From assembly GCA_035544015.1 (NCBI GenBank), contig DATKIP010000093.1:345454-409453 (forward strand): a DNA stretch of 64,000 nucleotides, given 5' to 3'. Numbering within the stretch: the stretch's first letter is position 1; each line of letters opens with the position of its first letter. The notes under the pieces were generated by a model. It ran no database searches, had not been told where the DNA came from, and saw nothing but the letters and a program-made list of their open reading frames with translations. Both the position numbers and the translations under genes were made by a program. This document shows, piece after piece, positions 19,244 to 28,455 of this stretch. Origin of the DNA: Candidatus Saccharimonadia bacterium. Lineage in GTDB: Bacteria; Patescibacteriota; Saccharimonadia; UBA4664.

Positions 19244-19774
19244 GTGCGTACCACCGCTCAGCGCGCCCCCAGTAGGCTGCGCCAAACGCTGCTTGTCATC
19301 CTTGCCGGCGCGCTAGCGATCGGCATCGGAACCAACTTGCCAACCAGCCAATCCGCCACACCCCCAGCCGCACGACCCACCCGGCACCTCTCGGTCGTGC
19401 CGCAGCCCACAGTCAGCACCGAGCCCAGTGCCATCACGAGCGCACCGGTCGCCACGGGGCCCGAAGAGCGATGGTTCCATCTGCAAGGCCACTGGGACCT
19501 GCCGGCCAAGCCCGGCAAACCCCACGTTCGGGTTGTCATTACCGTCATCGTCTTGGGCTCCGCTCCCGACCCAACCCCCTCCGAGGACCCCTTCGGTAAC
19601 TTCGATAGTTGGGTATCCACCCCGGGCCCCGGCGTAATGCTTCGCATTGCCCCCAAAACGCCCGAGCCCCGCACCCCAAAGATGAGCTGCAGCATCCATG
19701 ACGAACATGACCTGCCCATCGGCATCGTCTACCCGGTGGATCGCACGGGCGGAGCGTTGTGCGTGGCCCGGTAA
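19244..19774 (+). CDS. Cassette 12: membrane-anchored two-Cys (MmpS-like) protein
   Basis: GAGGAG SD; TM; FHLQGHW...SCSIH...LCVA. Confidence 0.82.
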   Translation: MRTTAQRAPSRLRQTLLVILAGALAIGIGTNLPTSQSATPPAARPTRHLSVVPQPTVSTEPSAITSAPVATGPEERWFHLQGHWDLPAKPGKPHVRVVITVIVLGSAPDPTPSEDPFGNFDSWVSTPGPGVMLRIAPKTPEPRTPKMSCSIHDEHDLPIGIVYPVDRTGGALCVAR

Positions 19775-19897
19775 ATCGAGCTGAGCTCCACGAGGCACCA
19801 TAGCCCAGGACGGCCCACCGCCGGGCCGTCCTGGGCTCTTGCCCAACCCGCTCCACGCTTGCATCCTCCACCTCCACCAGATACGGTAGGGAATACC

Positions 19898-20053
19898 ATG
19901 AAGAAAGCTGTCGTACTCATAATCGGCGTTCTGGTATATCTTTGGTTTCTCCAAGCAGCCCAAGACGTGGCCGCCAGCCAGCTCACCGAGCTCCAATACT
20001 TATACACAAGCTCAGGCGCTCAAGCCGCCGCCATTTCAAATCCCAACAGATAG
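19898..20053 (+). CDS. Small (51 aa) secreted or membrane peptide, not a member of the cassette family
   Basis: MKKAVVLIIGVLVYLWFLQAA signal-like N-terminus. Confidence 0.55.
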   Translation: MKKAVVLIIGVLVYLWFLQAAQDVAASQLTELQYLYTSSGAQAAAISNPNR

Positions 20054-20273
20054 CTCATCTACCCACCACTATTTCGTCAAAACACGCAGGGTAAATTTAT
20101 TATGCTCGTGGTATAATCAGCCACTTTCGGCTCGTACAAATCTAGCGTCATCCCCAAGTTAATGGCCCTGCAACCACAATTATTGGCGTGTCAAAACCAC
20201 AGAGTTCCGATACAATGGTTCCCGGCTTGCGTGGCAAGCCCCGTCCCATACCCACCGCAGGAGGGATTGTGCA

Positions 20274-20771
20274 GTGGTTTTGACCGGGCAACGTCCATCA
20301 ACCCGACGACGAGGCATGCGCAGCGTAGTCACGACCGTGCTCATCGTTGCAGCCGTTCTGTGGGGACTGCCTAGGCTCAACCCCGACACGCAGACCTGCT
20401 CCGCCGTGGCACAAACCAGCTCCCAACCTCAAGGCGACTGCTCCACCGGACCCAAAATCCGATTCCGGCTCTCGTGGTCCGAAGCACCCGAAGGCCTGGT
20501 CGTCGAGTACTACGCCGACGGCCACGGCCTGGGCCCAACGCACCCCGACACTGCATACGACGAATGGGACGTCACGCTGCCGGGAACCGTCGGGTTCATT
20601 AGCCTCAGCGCCCCCAGAGGCTCCTACATCGGCTTCTTGAAGTGCCGGCTTTCAAACCCCGACACCAACGAGCAATACGACGCCGCCGAGTACTTCCCCG
20701 TGGATGGACCCCTACAGCAGCTGCCGAGCGGAAAATGGGGCATTGAATGCCACACGCCGGGCATAGCCTAA
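20274..20771 (+). CDS. Cassette 13: membrane-anchored two-Cys (MmpS-like) protein
   Basis: AGGAGG SD; TM; linker Cys pair; FRLSW...KCRLS...ECHT. Confidence 0.8.
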   Translation: MVLTGQRPSTRRRGMRSVVTTVLIVAAVLWGLPRLNPDTQTCSAVAQTSSQPQGDCSTGPKIRFRLSWSEAPEGLVVEYYADGHGLGPTHPDTAYDEWDVTLPGTVGFISLSAPRGSYIGFLKCRLSNPDTNEQYDAAEYFPVDGPLQQLPSGKWGIECHTPGIA

Positions 20772-20907
20772 CACCGGGTGAACCTCCATTCGCCTGATCA
20801 CTCCGGGATGGCCCAATGTCGCGCTATCCCGGAAGGTCCTAGAATTATCATTCTCATCTGCGCTAAAATCATGTGGTCCGCTGTTCGCCCGTCGAAAGGT
20901 AGTGTTC

Positions 20908-21399
20908 GTGACAACCACCCAGCGGCACCGGCCAAAAGCCCGGGGTAGCGGCAGGGTACTCCTGGCGATAGCCGGCCTCATCGCTGCCGTTATTGTCATC
21001 CCGTTCCCAGCCAAAACCCACCCCAACCCCGTCACTACGCCATCGGTAACCCCAGCCGGTCCCCGGGCAGTCGAATTCAAATTCGACGCCACCCTCACCG
21101 GACTGGCCCATACCGAGATCGAAACCGAGGTTGGTGGAGCCGCACAGCCGCATCCCAATATCATCACTCCCACCTGGGAGACCACTCGGCCAGGCACCGA
21201 GTACCAGTCGGCCGAGATGACGATCACGCCCCGGGAAACCACCAACCGGTCGCGCGTAACCGGCGTCAGAACCATCTGCCAAATCTTCGTGCGCATCCTC
21301 CCGAACGGCGCGTTCGAAGGCCAGGCCTACGTGCCCGGGTTTAGTGTGAATGAACAGATCACGTGCCGAGCACATCCACCCTACGCGCTAACCGGGTAG
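20908..21399 (+). CDS. Cassette 14: membrane-anchored two-Cys (MmpS-like) protein
   Basis: AAAGG SD; TM; ICQIF...ITCRA; start could also be the GTG at 20902. Confidence 0.78.
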   Translation: MTTTQRHRPKARGSGRVLLAIAGLIAAVIVIPFPAKTHPNPVTTPSVTPAGPRAVEFKFDATLTGLAHTEIETEVGGAAQPHPNIITPTWETTRPGTEYQSAEMTITPRETTNRSRVTGVRTICQIFVRILPNGAFEGQAYVPGFSVNEQITCRAHPPYALTG

Positions 21400-21405
21400 G
21401 GCATC

Positions 21406-21933
21406 ATGCTCCGCACCCGCAGTCGCATCGCACCCGCAGTCCTCGCGCTCGCTGCTCTTGCTAGCTTTGCTTGGTTGGCCGCCGTGCCACATCCGCCGGC
21501 CAACCATGATGCCACCATCGTCATCTACTACCCAACCCCAGCCCAGGCCGACGCCGTACCGGCACCCCGACCGCCGACCACGATCGACGACGATCACGTC
21601 CGCTACTGGGCGGTGATCGAATGGGAGCGTTCTGCCGGCGTATCAATCGCCTACCTGATCGGACCAGTAGCGCCAGCCCCCACTACCGACAAACGGCCGG
21701 ATGGGGTCGAAAAAATTCTCATTACGGCACCTCGCGACAGCCTCATTCAGGTACATGTAGTGCCTCACCGGCTGCCTCGTGGAAACAGCTACGCCAGCCA
21801 ATGCGCCGTGTATCTCGTCACCCAGCTCGCACCGCTGGAAGACAACGAAAAGATACCGAACATGCGGGCCCACGACGTCACCACCCCCGGCAAAACCGGC
21901 ATCACCTGCACGCTCACAGCCACCGGCGTGTAG
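21406..21933 (+). CDS. Cassette 15: membrane-anchored two-Cys (MmpS-like) protein
   Basis: TM; YWAVIEW...QCAVY...ITCTL; starts 6 nt after cassette 14. Confidence 0.8.
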   Translation: MLRTRSRIAPAVLALAALASFAWLAAVPHPPANHDATIVIYYPTPAQADAVPAPRPPTTIDDDHVRYWAVIEWERSAGVSIAYLIGPVAPAPTTDKRPDGVEKILITAPRDSLIQVHVVPHRLPRGNSYASQCAVYLVTQLAPLEDNEKIPNMRAHDVTTPGKTGITCTLTATGV

Positions 21934-22069
21934 CAATTGCCCGCCTCACACCCCCAAGACGGCCCACTGTCGTGCCGTCTTGGGGCCCTCCATCGCACTA
22001 ATACCACCACATGCGTTACAATAATCGGCGTCTCGTAAACCCAACCCGACCCGCAAAGGATGGCGCAAC

Positions 22070-22531
22070 GTGATCACCGGAACGAGAAGGAGGGGCCGGC
22101 TCCTCCTCGTCGTCCTAGCAGTCATCGGCCTCCTAGCCGGTGTAGCCGAGGGAATGGGGGCCTTCAGCCAGCAACGCACCCTCGTGCTCGTTGCCCAATG
22201 GACCAATACCCCAGGGGGCGTAGAGATCGATGCCGCAGCCAATGGCATTAAGCTGGACCCGACAGATCCCAGCTACACCACCGGTACCCCCCTCGACGCC
22301 GCTACAGGCTTCCGCAGGATCACCGTAACGGCCGCTTTCGCCCACATCATTGTCGGTAACGTCATACCCGCAATACGAATCGATAGCAGGGTCCGCTGCG
22401 CCGTCTTCGACCCCCAGATCAAAGCGCCACTTTTTTCAGATACTGTCACCGGACGAACCGGTGCCCAGGCTACCTGCTACTACAACGAGACGGTACGGCC
22501 AACACCGGCACCACCCACACCGACGAGATAA
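22070..22531 (+). CDS. Cassette 16: membrane-anchored two-Cys (MmpS-like) protein
   Basis: AAAGGA SD; TM; LVLVAQW...RCAVF...TCYY. Confidence 0.8.
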   Translation: MITGTRRRGRLLLVVLAVIGLLAGVAEGMGAFSQQRTLVLVAQWTNTPGGVEIDAAANGIKLDPTDPSYTTGTPLDAATGFRRITVTAAFAHIIVGNVIPAIRIDSRVRCAVFDPQIKAPLFSDTVTGRTGAQATCYYNETVRPTPAPPTPTR

Positions 22532-22600
22532 CTCGCCGGCCACAACCACCCCCAAGACGGCCCACTGCGGCGCCGTCTTGGGCTCACCCCGCTCGCATAC

Positions 22601-22640
22601 AAAAAGACCCCGCCGCACCGAAGCGCTTGGGGGTCTTTTT
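22601..22640. terminator. Bidirectional intrinsic terminator
   Basis: AAAAAGACCCC...GGGGTCTTTTT between convergent genes. Confidence 0.75.
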
Positions 22641-22656
22641 GATCAGCCGGTAGCAA

Positions 22657-23265
22657 TTACCAGCTGTGGCGGGCGAGCCAGTGGCTGTAGGCGCTAGCCC
22701 AGGAGCCGAACCGGCCTACTGCGTAGGCGTTAGCCCAGCGCAGCTGCGTGACCGGGTTGGTCAGGTAGTCCGAACCAAACGGTGCCATTTTACTAGCAGG
22801 CATGGCCTGGCCGAGGCCGTACGCACCCGAGCCAGCGTAGTTGCTCTTGGTTACACCCCAACCACTCTCGTGGTCGATGATGTAGTCGACATAGCCAAAA
22901 TCTCGTTCGGCGATGCCGGCGGCTCGCATCCAGTCGGCGTGACTGCCAGCAATCTGGATCGTCACCACCGGGCGAGCTACTACCCGCTTGGCCGCAGCCT
23001 TGGCTTTCTCGGCCGCCAATTTGGCAGCCGCCTCAGCCTGGGCCTGAGCCGCGTGCAGGGGAGCGAGCACTTCGGCATCGTAGTCGGGCTTTTTAGGGCC
23101 GACTATCTCAACCGCCGAAGCAGTGTTGGTATTAAGTTTCACCTCGTAGACTCCAACGGCGCTGTCCGAAGACGTTGCCGTGGCGGCCACATCACTTAAG
23201 AAAGGAATGTGCACCTGAGAAGCTAGCAGCACCAGAGATGCCGCGAACTGCAAGATGTTACGCAT
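22657..23265 (-). CDS. Secreted lysozyme-like (SLT / aggregation-promoting-factor type) transglycosylase
   Basis: Signal peptide; IIDHESGW, GAYGLGQAMP, NPVTQLRWA..Y...R.GSW. Confidence 0.88.
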   Translation of the reverse strand: MRNILQFAASLVLLASQVHIPFLSDVAATATSSDSAVGVYEVKLNTNTASAVEIVGPKKPDYDAEVLAPLHAAQAQAEAAAKLAAEKAKAAAKRVVARPVVTIQIAGSHADWMRAAGIAERDFGYVDYIIDHESGWGVTKSNYAGSGAYGLGQAMPASKMAPFGSDYLTNPVTQLRWANAYAVGRFGSWASAYSHWLARHSW

Positions 23266-23358
23266 GGGAGGGTCACCGAAGCAACCTCTTAGCCCTTTCG
23301 TTAATGGGTGTCACAAAAAATGACCCCGCAAAAGGGTCGTTTTGAGTGAACGCGACGT

Positions 23359-23387
23359 AGTATATACCAATTACCTATTTTTGTCAA
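23359..23387 (-). promoter_or_regulatory. Near-consensus sigma70 promoter of the transglycosylase gene
   Basis: TTGACA-17 bp-TATACT. Confidence 0.75.
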
Positions 23388-23595
23388 TAGCATAAGCGGG
23401 TTAATCGGATAACTCCCGCCCCAACGAACCCGCGCCCTCGAGCATTCGAAGTCTAAAACTTAGACAAAATCTGCTCATCTACGCTCAAACTATCCCTCAA
23501 ATTCTAAACTTTAGACCACCCTCTACCCACATCCACCCGAAGGGGGAGTCAAAAATAACCCAAAGCAACCCGACAAAAAATGTTACAATATCCTT

Positions 23596-23958
23596 ATGCT
23601 TCTTGTGGCCTTTGTGCAGTGGTGGTACGGGCCCGGCTGGCGCGACGCCGCCGGCCGTTTGTTGGCGCGTATTCACGATACCTATCTGTTGTTTTCGGTT
23701 CCAAGCCTGCTCACTACCATGTTTGCCCCGTGGCGGCGCATTATTTCGTCACCCGGCCGCAGCATCGGCGACCGTGCCCGGGCCACACTCGACAACCTCA
23801 TTTCGCGGGTCGTCGGCTTCATCGTGCGACTCATCGCCCTTATCGCCGCCGGCGTCATCATCACGCTCTACCTCGTACTGGGCGGAATCCTCCTGCTCGT
23901 GTGGCCGGTGGCGCCGCTGCTGGGCCCCATCCTGATCGTAGGAGGATTAATCTTTTGA
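23596..23958 (+). CDS. Small membrane protein coupled to the Clp ATPase gene
   Basis: WWY..G...FAPWRRI...DNLISR.VGF pattern; stop overlaps next start. Confidence 0.8.
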   Translation: MLLVAFVQWWYGPGWRDAAGRLLARIHDTYLLFSVPSLLTTMFAPWRRIISSPGRSIGDRARATLDNLISRVVGFIVRLIALIAAGVIITLYLVLGGILLLVWPVAPLLGPILIVGGLIF

Positions 23959-26363
23959 GCCGGTACACCTTTAATGCCGGGGCCCTGCGCATCACCAAAG
24001 CCCGCACCGCCCGCCTCATACCCGGCACGCTCAAAACCCTGCTCGGCGCCGTCGCCGGGCTCAGCCTCATCTCCGGTGTCGTCCTGATAATCCTGGGCCA
24101 CAACCCCGGACTGAGCCTCACGGGCGTGGCAGTGGCGCTCATCACGACGCTCATCTGGATTCGCCGCGACCTCGACCAATTGCCAGCCGCTGCCGTCGGC
24201 TCCACCACCCAGCTCGAGGCTTTGCTGCCCCTCGAGCTGGCCTCGCATTACCGCGAGCCATTTACTGCCGCCGGATTGTGGCAAGCCCTGGGCGCCGGCT
24301 GGGAGACGCGTTTCATCTGTGTTCGCTTTGGCCTCGATCTCAACCTAATCGCTCAAATCCTCGCCCAAAGCAGCCTCGACCCCGACCAGCTCTGGAGCAC
24401 GGCCGAACAAACCAGCACCGAACTGGGCCTTCCCACGCTCGAAGCCGGCACCATCCTCACCGCCCTGTTTGCCGTCAGCCCCGAGCTCACGGGTTACCTC
24501 ACCAAGATCAAACTCACCCCAGCCGATCTGGCCGAAGGCGCCCGCTGGGTCCATCGCGTCGACGAACTCAGCCATATCAAACGGCCTATTTACGGCGGCA
24601 TCGCGCGCGACTGGGCTTCGGGCTTCACGCCCCAGCTGTCGCGCTTTGGCACCAACATTAGCCTCGAGGTCGAATCCGCCGCCGGCAACCTCGCCACCCA
24701 AGAGCGCACCGACCAGCTCGACGACCTGGTGACCGGCCTCAACAGTGCCTCGGGCAGCGTCGTGCTCATCGGCGAGCCCGGCGTCGGCAAAAGCGCCCTA
24801 CTGCTAGGCCTCGCCGAGCGCCTGCTCCAGGGCCGTGCCAGCCGCAGCTTGGCCCATTACCAGATCTACTCGCTCAGTGCCTCCACCATCCTCTCCAGCT
24901 CCGAGCGCAGCGGCGACATCGAGCGCATCGTGATGACCCTGCTATCCGAAGCCGGCCACGCCGGGAACATCATCATCGCCCTCGACGAAGCCCAGCTGTT
25001 TTTCGGCCAGGGCACCGGCGCCGTCAACCTCAGCCAAGTGTTGCTGCCGCTCCTCCAATCACGCAGCTTCAAGCTCGTGCTCGCGCTCACCCCCGGCGAC
25101 TGGCAGCGGCTCAAAGCCACCAACACCGCCATGGCCAGCCTGCTCACCCCGCTCGTGCTCGCCGAGCCCGGCCAAGCCAATGTTGTGCGCCAGCTCGCCG
25201 ACCGCGCGCTGTATCTGGAAAAAGGCCAACTCCTCACCACCTATTCGGCGCTCGTCGAGGCCTACCGGCTGTCCGGCCGCTACCTCCAAGACGAAGCCTA
25301 CCCCGGCAAAGCCCTCAAGCTCCTCGAGGCCGCCTTCAACCACCCCGATGGCTCGTTCATATCCGAAATATCCGTTGAGCAAGCCATAGAAAGCCAGTTT
25401 GGCGTCAAAGTCCAAACCGCCACCTCGGCCGAATCCGACGTCTTGCTCCACCTCGAAGACAAAATTCACGAGCGCATGATCAACCAAACCCGCGCCGTCA
25501 GCGTGGTCGCCAACGCCCTGCGCCGCGCCCGCGCCGGCGTCGCCAACCCCAAGCGACCCATCGGCAGCTTCTTGTTCCTCGGCCCCACCGGCGTCGGTAA
25601 AACCGAGCTCGCCCGCAGCATTGCCGCGCTCTATTTCGGTAACGAGTCCAACATCATCCGCCTCGACATGTCCGAGTACCAACAGATCGCCGACGTCGAC
25701 CGCATCCTCATGTCGGCCGCCGAAAACCCCTCCGGCCTCCTCCCGCGCGTCCGCCAAACCCCATTTAGCGTCGTGCTGTTCGACGAAATCGAAAAAGCCC
25801 ACCCCAATATCCTCAACCTCCTCCTCCAACTCCTCGACGAGGGCAACCTCACCGACACCACCAGTCATCCCGCGTCATTTAAAGACGCGATCATTATCGC
25901 CACCTCCAACGCCGGGGCCGAAGAAATTCGCCAGCGCATCGAAGCCGGGCAAGCCCTCGAAACCTTCGAACAAGAGTTCACCAATAGCCTCATCGATTCC
26001 GGCGCTTTCCGGCCTGAGCTTCTCAACCGCTTTGACGAAATCGTGCTGTTCAGGCCTCTCAACCAGGCTGAGCTCGCCCAAGTCGTGCGCCTCATGATCA
26101 CCGAGGTCAACAAAACCCTCGCCAACCAAAAAATCATCGTCGCCCTCACCGACGCCGCCGCGGCCGAGCTCGTCGTGGCCGGCTACGACCCCCGCCTCGG
26201 CGCCCGCCCGATGCGCCGCATGGTGACTCGCCGCGTCGAAGACACCGTCGCCGCCATGATCCTGCGCGGCGAGGCTCGCCCCGGCGACACCATCACCCTC
26301 GATGCCGGCCAGCTCGGCGGCGGCAGCGAACCAACCCCAGTTGATCCGCCGCTTGAAGTTTAG
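23955..26363 (+). CDS. Membrane-anchored ClpA/ClpB-family AAA+ ATPase
   Basis: TTG after GGAGG; two TM helices; GEPGVGKS, GPTGVGKTELA, RLDMSEY, DEIEKAHP, GARPMRR. Confidence 0.9.
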   Translation: MSRYTFNAGALRITKARTARLIPGTLKTLLGAVAGLSLISGVVLIILGHNPGLSLTGVAVALITTLIWIRRDLDQLPAAAVGSTTQLEALLPLELASHYREPFTAAGLWQALGAGWETRFICVRFGLDLNLIAQILAQSSLDPDQLWSTAEQTSTELGLPTLEAGTILTALFAVSPELTGYLTKIKLTPADLAEGARWVHRVDELSHIKRPIYGGIARDWASGFTPQLSRFGTNISLEVESAAGNLATQERTDQLDDLVTGLNSASGSVVLIGEPGVGKSALLLGLAERLLQGRASRSLAHYQIYSLSASTILSSSERSGDIERIVMTLLSEAGHAGNIIIALDEAQLFFGQGTGAVNLSQVLLPLLQSRSFKLVLALTPGDWQRLKATNTAMASLLTPLVLAEPGQANVVRQLADRALYLEKGQLLTTYSALVEAYRLSGRYLQDEAYPGKALKLLEAAFNHPDGSFISEISVEQAIESQFGVKVQTATSAESDVLLHLEDKIHERMINQTRAVSVVANALRRARAGVANPKRPIGSFLFLGPTGVGKTELARSIAALYFGNESNIIRLDMSEYQQIADVDRILMSAAENPSGLLPRVRQTPFSVVLFDEIEKAHPNILNLLLQLLDEGNLTDTTSHPASFKDAIIIATSNAGAEEIRQRIEAGQALETFEQEFTNSLIDSGAFRPELLNRFDEIVLFRPLNQAELAQVVRLMITEVNKTLANQKIIVALTDAAAAELVVAGYDPRLGARPMRRMVTRRVEDTVAAMILRGEARPGDTITLDAGQLGGGSEPTPVDPPLEV

Positions 26364-26434
26364 GTAGAAATATTATATAATACCTCCGTCCCCAAAAACC
26401 CGCCCATTTCGAGACGAGAGCAGGTCACAAAGCC

Positions 26435-26782
26435 ATGACTACCGCCAGTAAGGCTCCTGAAATCGCCCCCGAAGTCGCAGAAGCCCTGCGCCGAGCTCAC
26501 GACGCGCGCAACGAGGTCGTATTGGCGCGCGACCAGCTCGACGGTCTCAGGCAGAGCCCCCTCCCTTGGGAGTTCGAAGCCGGGCTCAAGCGTCTGGAAG
26601 CGGCAGAGGCGAAGCTCTACGAATCGCTCTGCCAACTCTTGTCGCTCTCCCTGGCGCTCTTGCCTCCGGAGGCGATCTTCGCGCTCTTCGGCGGACTCAA
26701 CGCCGAACCTCCCAGCGCCGAAGCGCTCACCAACCTCGTGGCAAGCTGCCAGCGGCAATCCCGCGCCCAGCCAGCCAGGTGA
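26435..26782 (+). CDS. Hypothetical helical protein
   Basis: 115-aa ORF with own TATAAT and a 3' GC hairpin; G-ending codons. Confidence 0.65.
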   Translation: MTTASKAPEIAPEVAEALRRAHDARNEVVLARDQLDGLRQSPLPWEFEAGLKRLEAAEAKLYESLCQLLSLSLALLPPEAIFALFGGLNAEPPSAEALTNLVASCQRQSRAQPAR

Positions 26783-26959
26783 CGCTGCATCCCAGCGCGG
26801 CCACAGCGGCCGCGCTGGGTTCCACCACCCTGCTCTCCGAATATACCCCAGCATAAGGCTGGGCTTTTTTATATCACCATGCACTAGGCCGAGTTAAGAC
26901 CCGACAAACAAAAACTCCCCAAAAGGGGAGCATTCTTACGCGCTAGCTAAAAGCGAACC

Positions 26960-28216
<1,257 letters not shown>

Positions 28217-28455
28217 AGGGACTCCTAAAATTTACTGATAAACTGCCTCGCAAATCTGCAGTTCCAGTAAATAGGTCCGCGGGTTCACGATCAACAATTA
28301 GGCGTACTGTAGCATAGTTCCAAGATTTTGTCGAGGACGAGCCTCGCCACCTGTAATTCCTCACTTGACGCCCCTGGCACCGAGCTGTTACCGTCAGTCT
28401 CCTAAGTGCACCGCCCCAGACCATAAAGCACAAGAACTGTGATACGTTATTCACC

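Larger units (their letters stand above)
8900..22582 (+). repeat. Dispersed family of 15 post-ORF GC-rich hairpins (RAYGGC..GCCRTY core)
   Basis: Copies start at 8900, 10748, 11496, 12165, 14011, 14780, 15522, 17267, 17728, 18513, 19162, 19802, 20802, 21952, 22551. Confidence 0.85.

Noticed and set aside
20211-21985. Closing stems for cassettes 13-15
   Set aside because: Only a 5-bp CCCGG/CCGGG match for c13 and nothing convincing for c14/c15, so they were not counted, although the 3' hairpins are present.
10084-22529. Inward-facing GTCTC/GAGAC as type IIS (BsmAI/Esp3I-like) restriction sites or a cloning artefact
   Set aside because: Several copies deviate (GTCCC/GGGAC, GAGAT, GAGGC) in ways that keep RNA pairing but destroy the site, and the position is fixed relative to the -10 box.
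8372-22531. Diversity-generating retroelement
   Set aside because: No reverse transcriptase and no TR/VR pair differing only at adenines seen in this window.
8299-22582. Cassette array as an integron with attC sites
   Set aside because: Hairpins lack the RYYYAAC/GTTRRRY ends, most cassettes have their own promoters, all are paralogues, and no integrase is in the window.
8900-22582. Repeated hairpins as a CRISPR array
   Set aside because: Repeats are degenerate and separated by whole genes, not 30-40-nt spacers; no cas genes.
23580-23954. ORF-track N-terminal extensions of Clp (23580), S41 (38759), pyrG (40781) and recO (53084)
   Set aside because: They overlap real upstream genes or promoters; better starts with SD or -10 support lie downstream.
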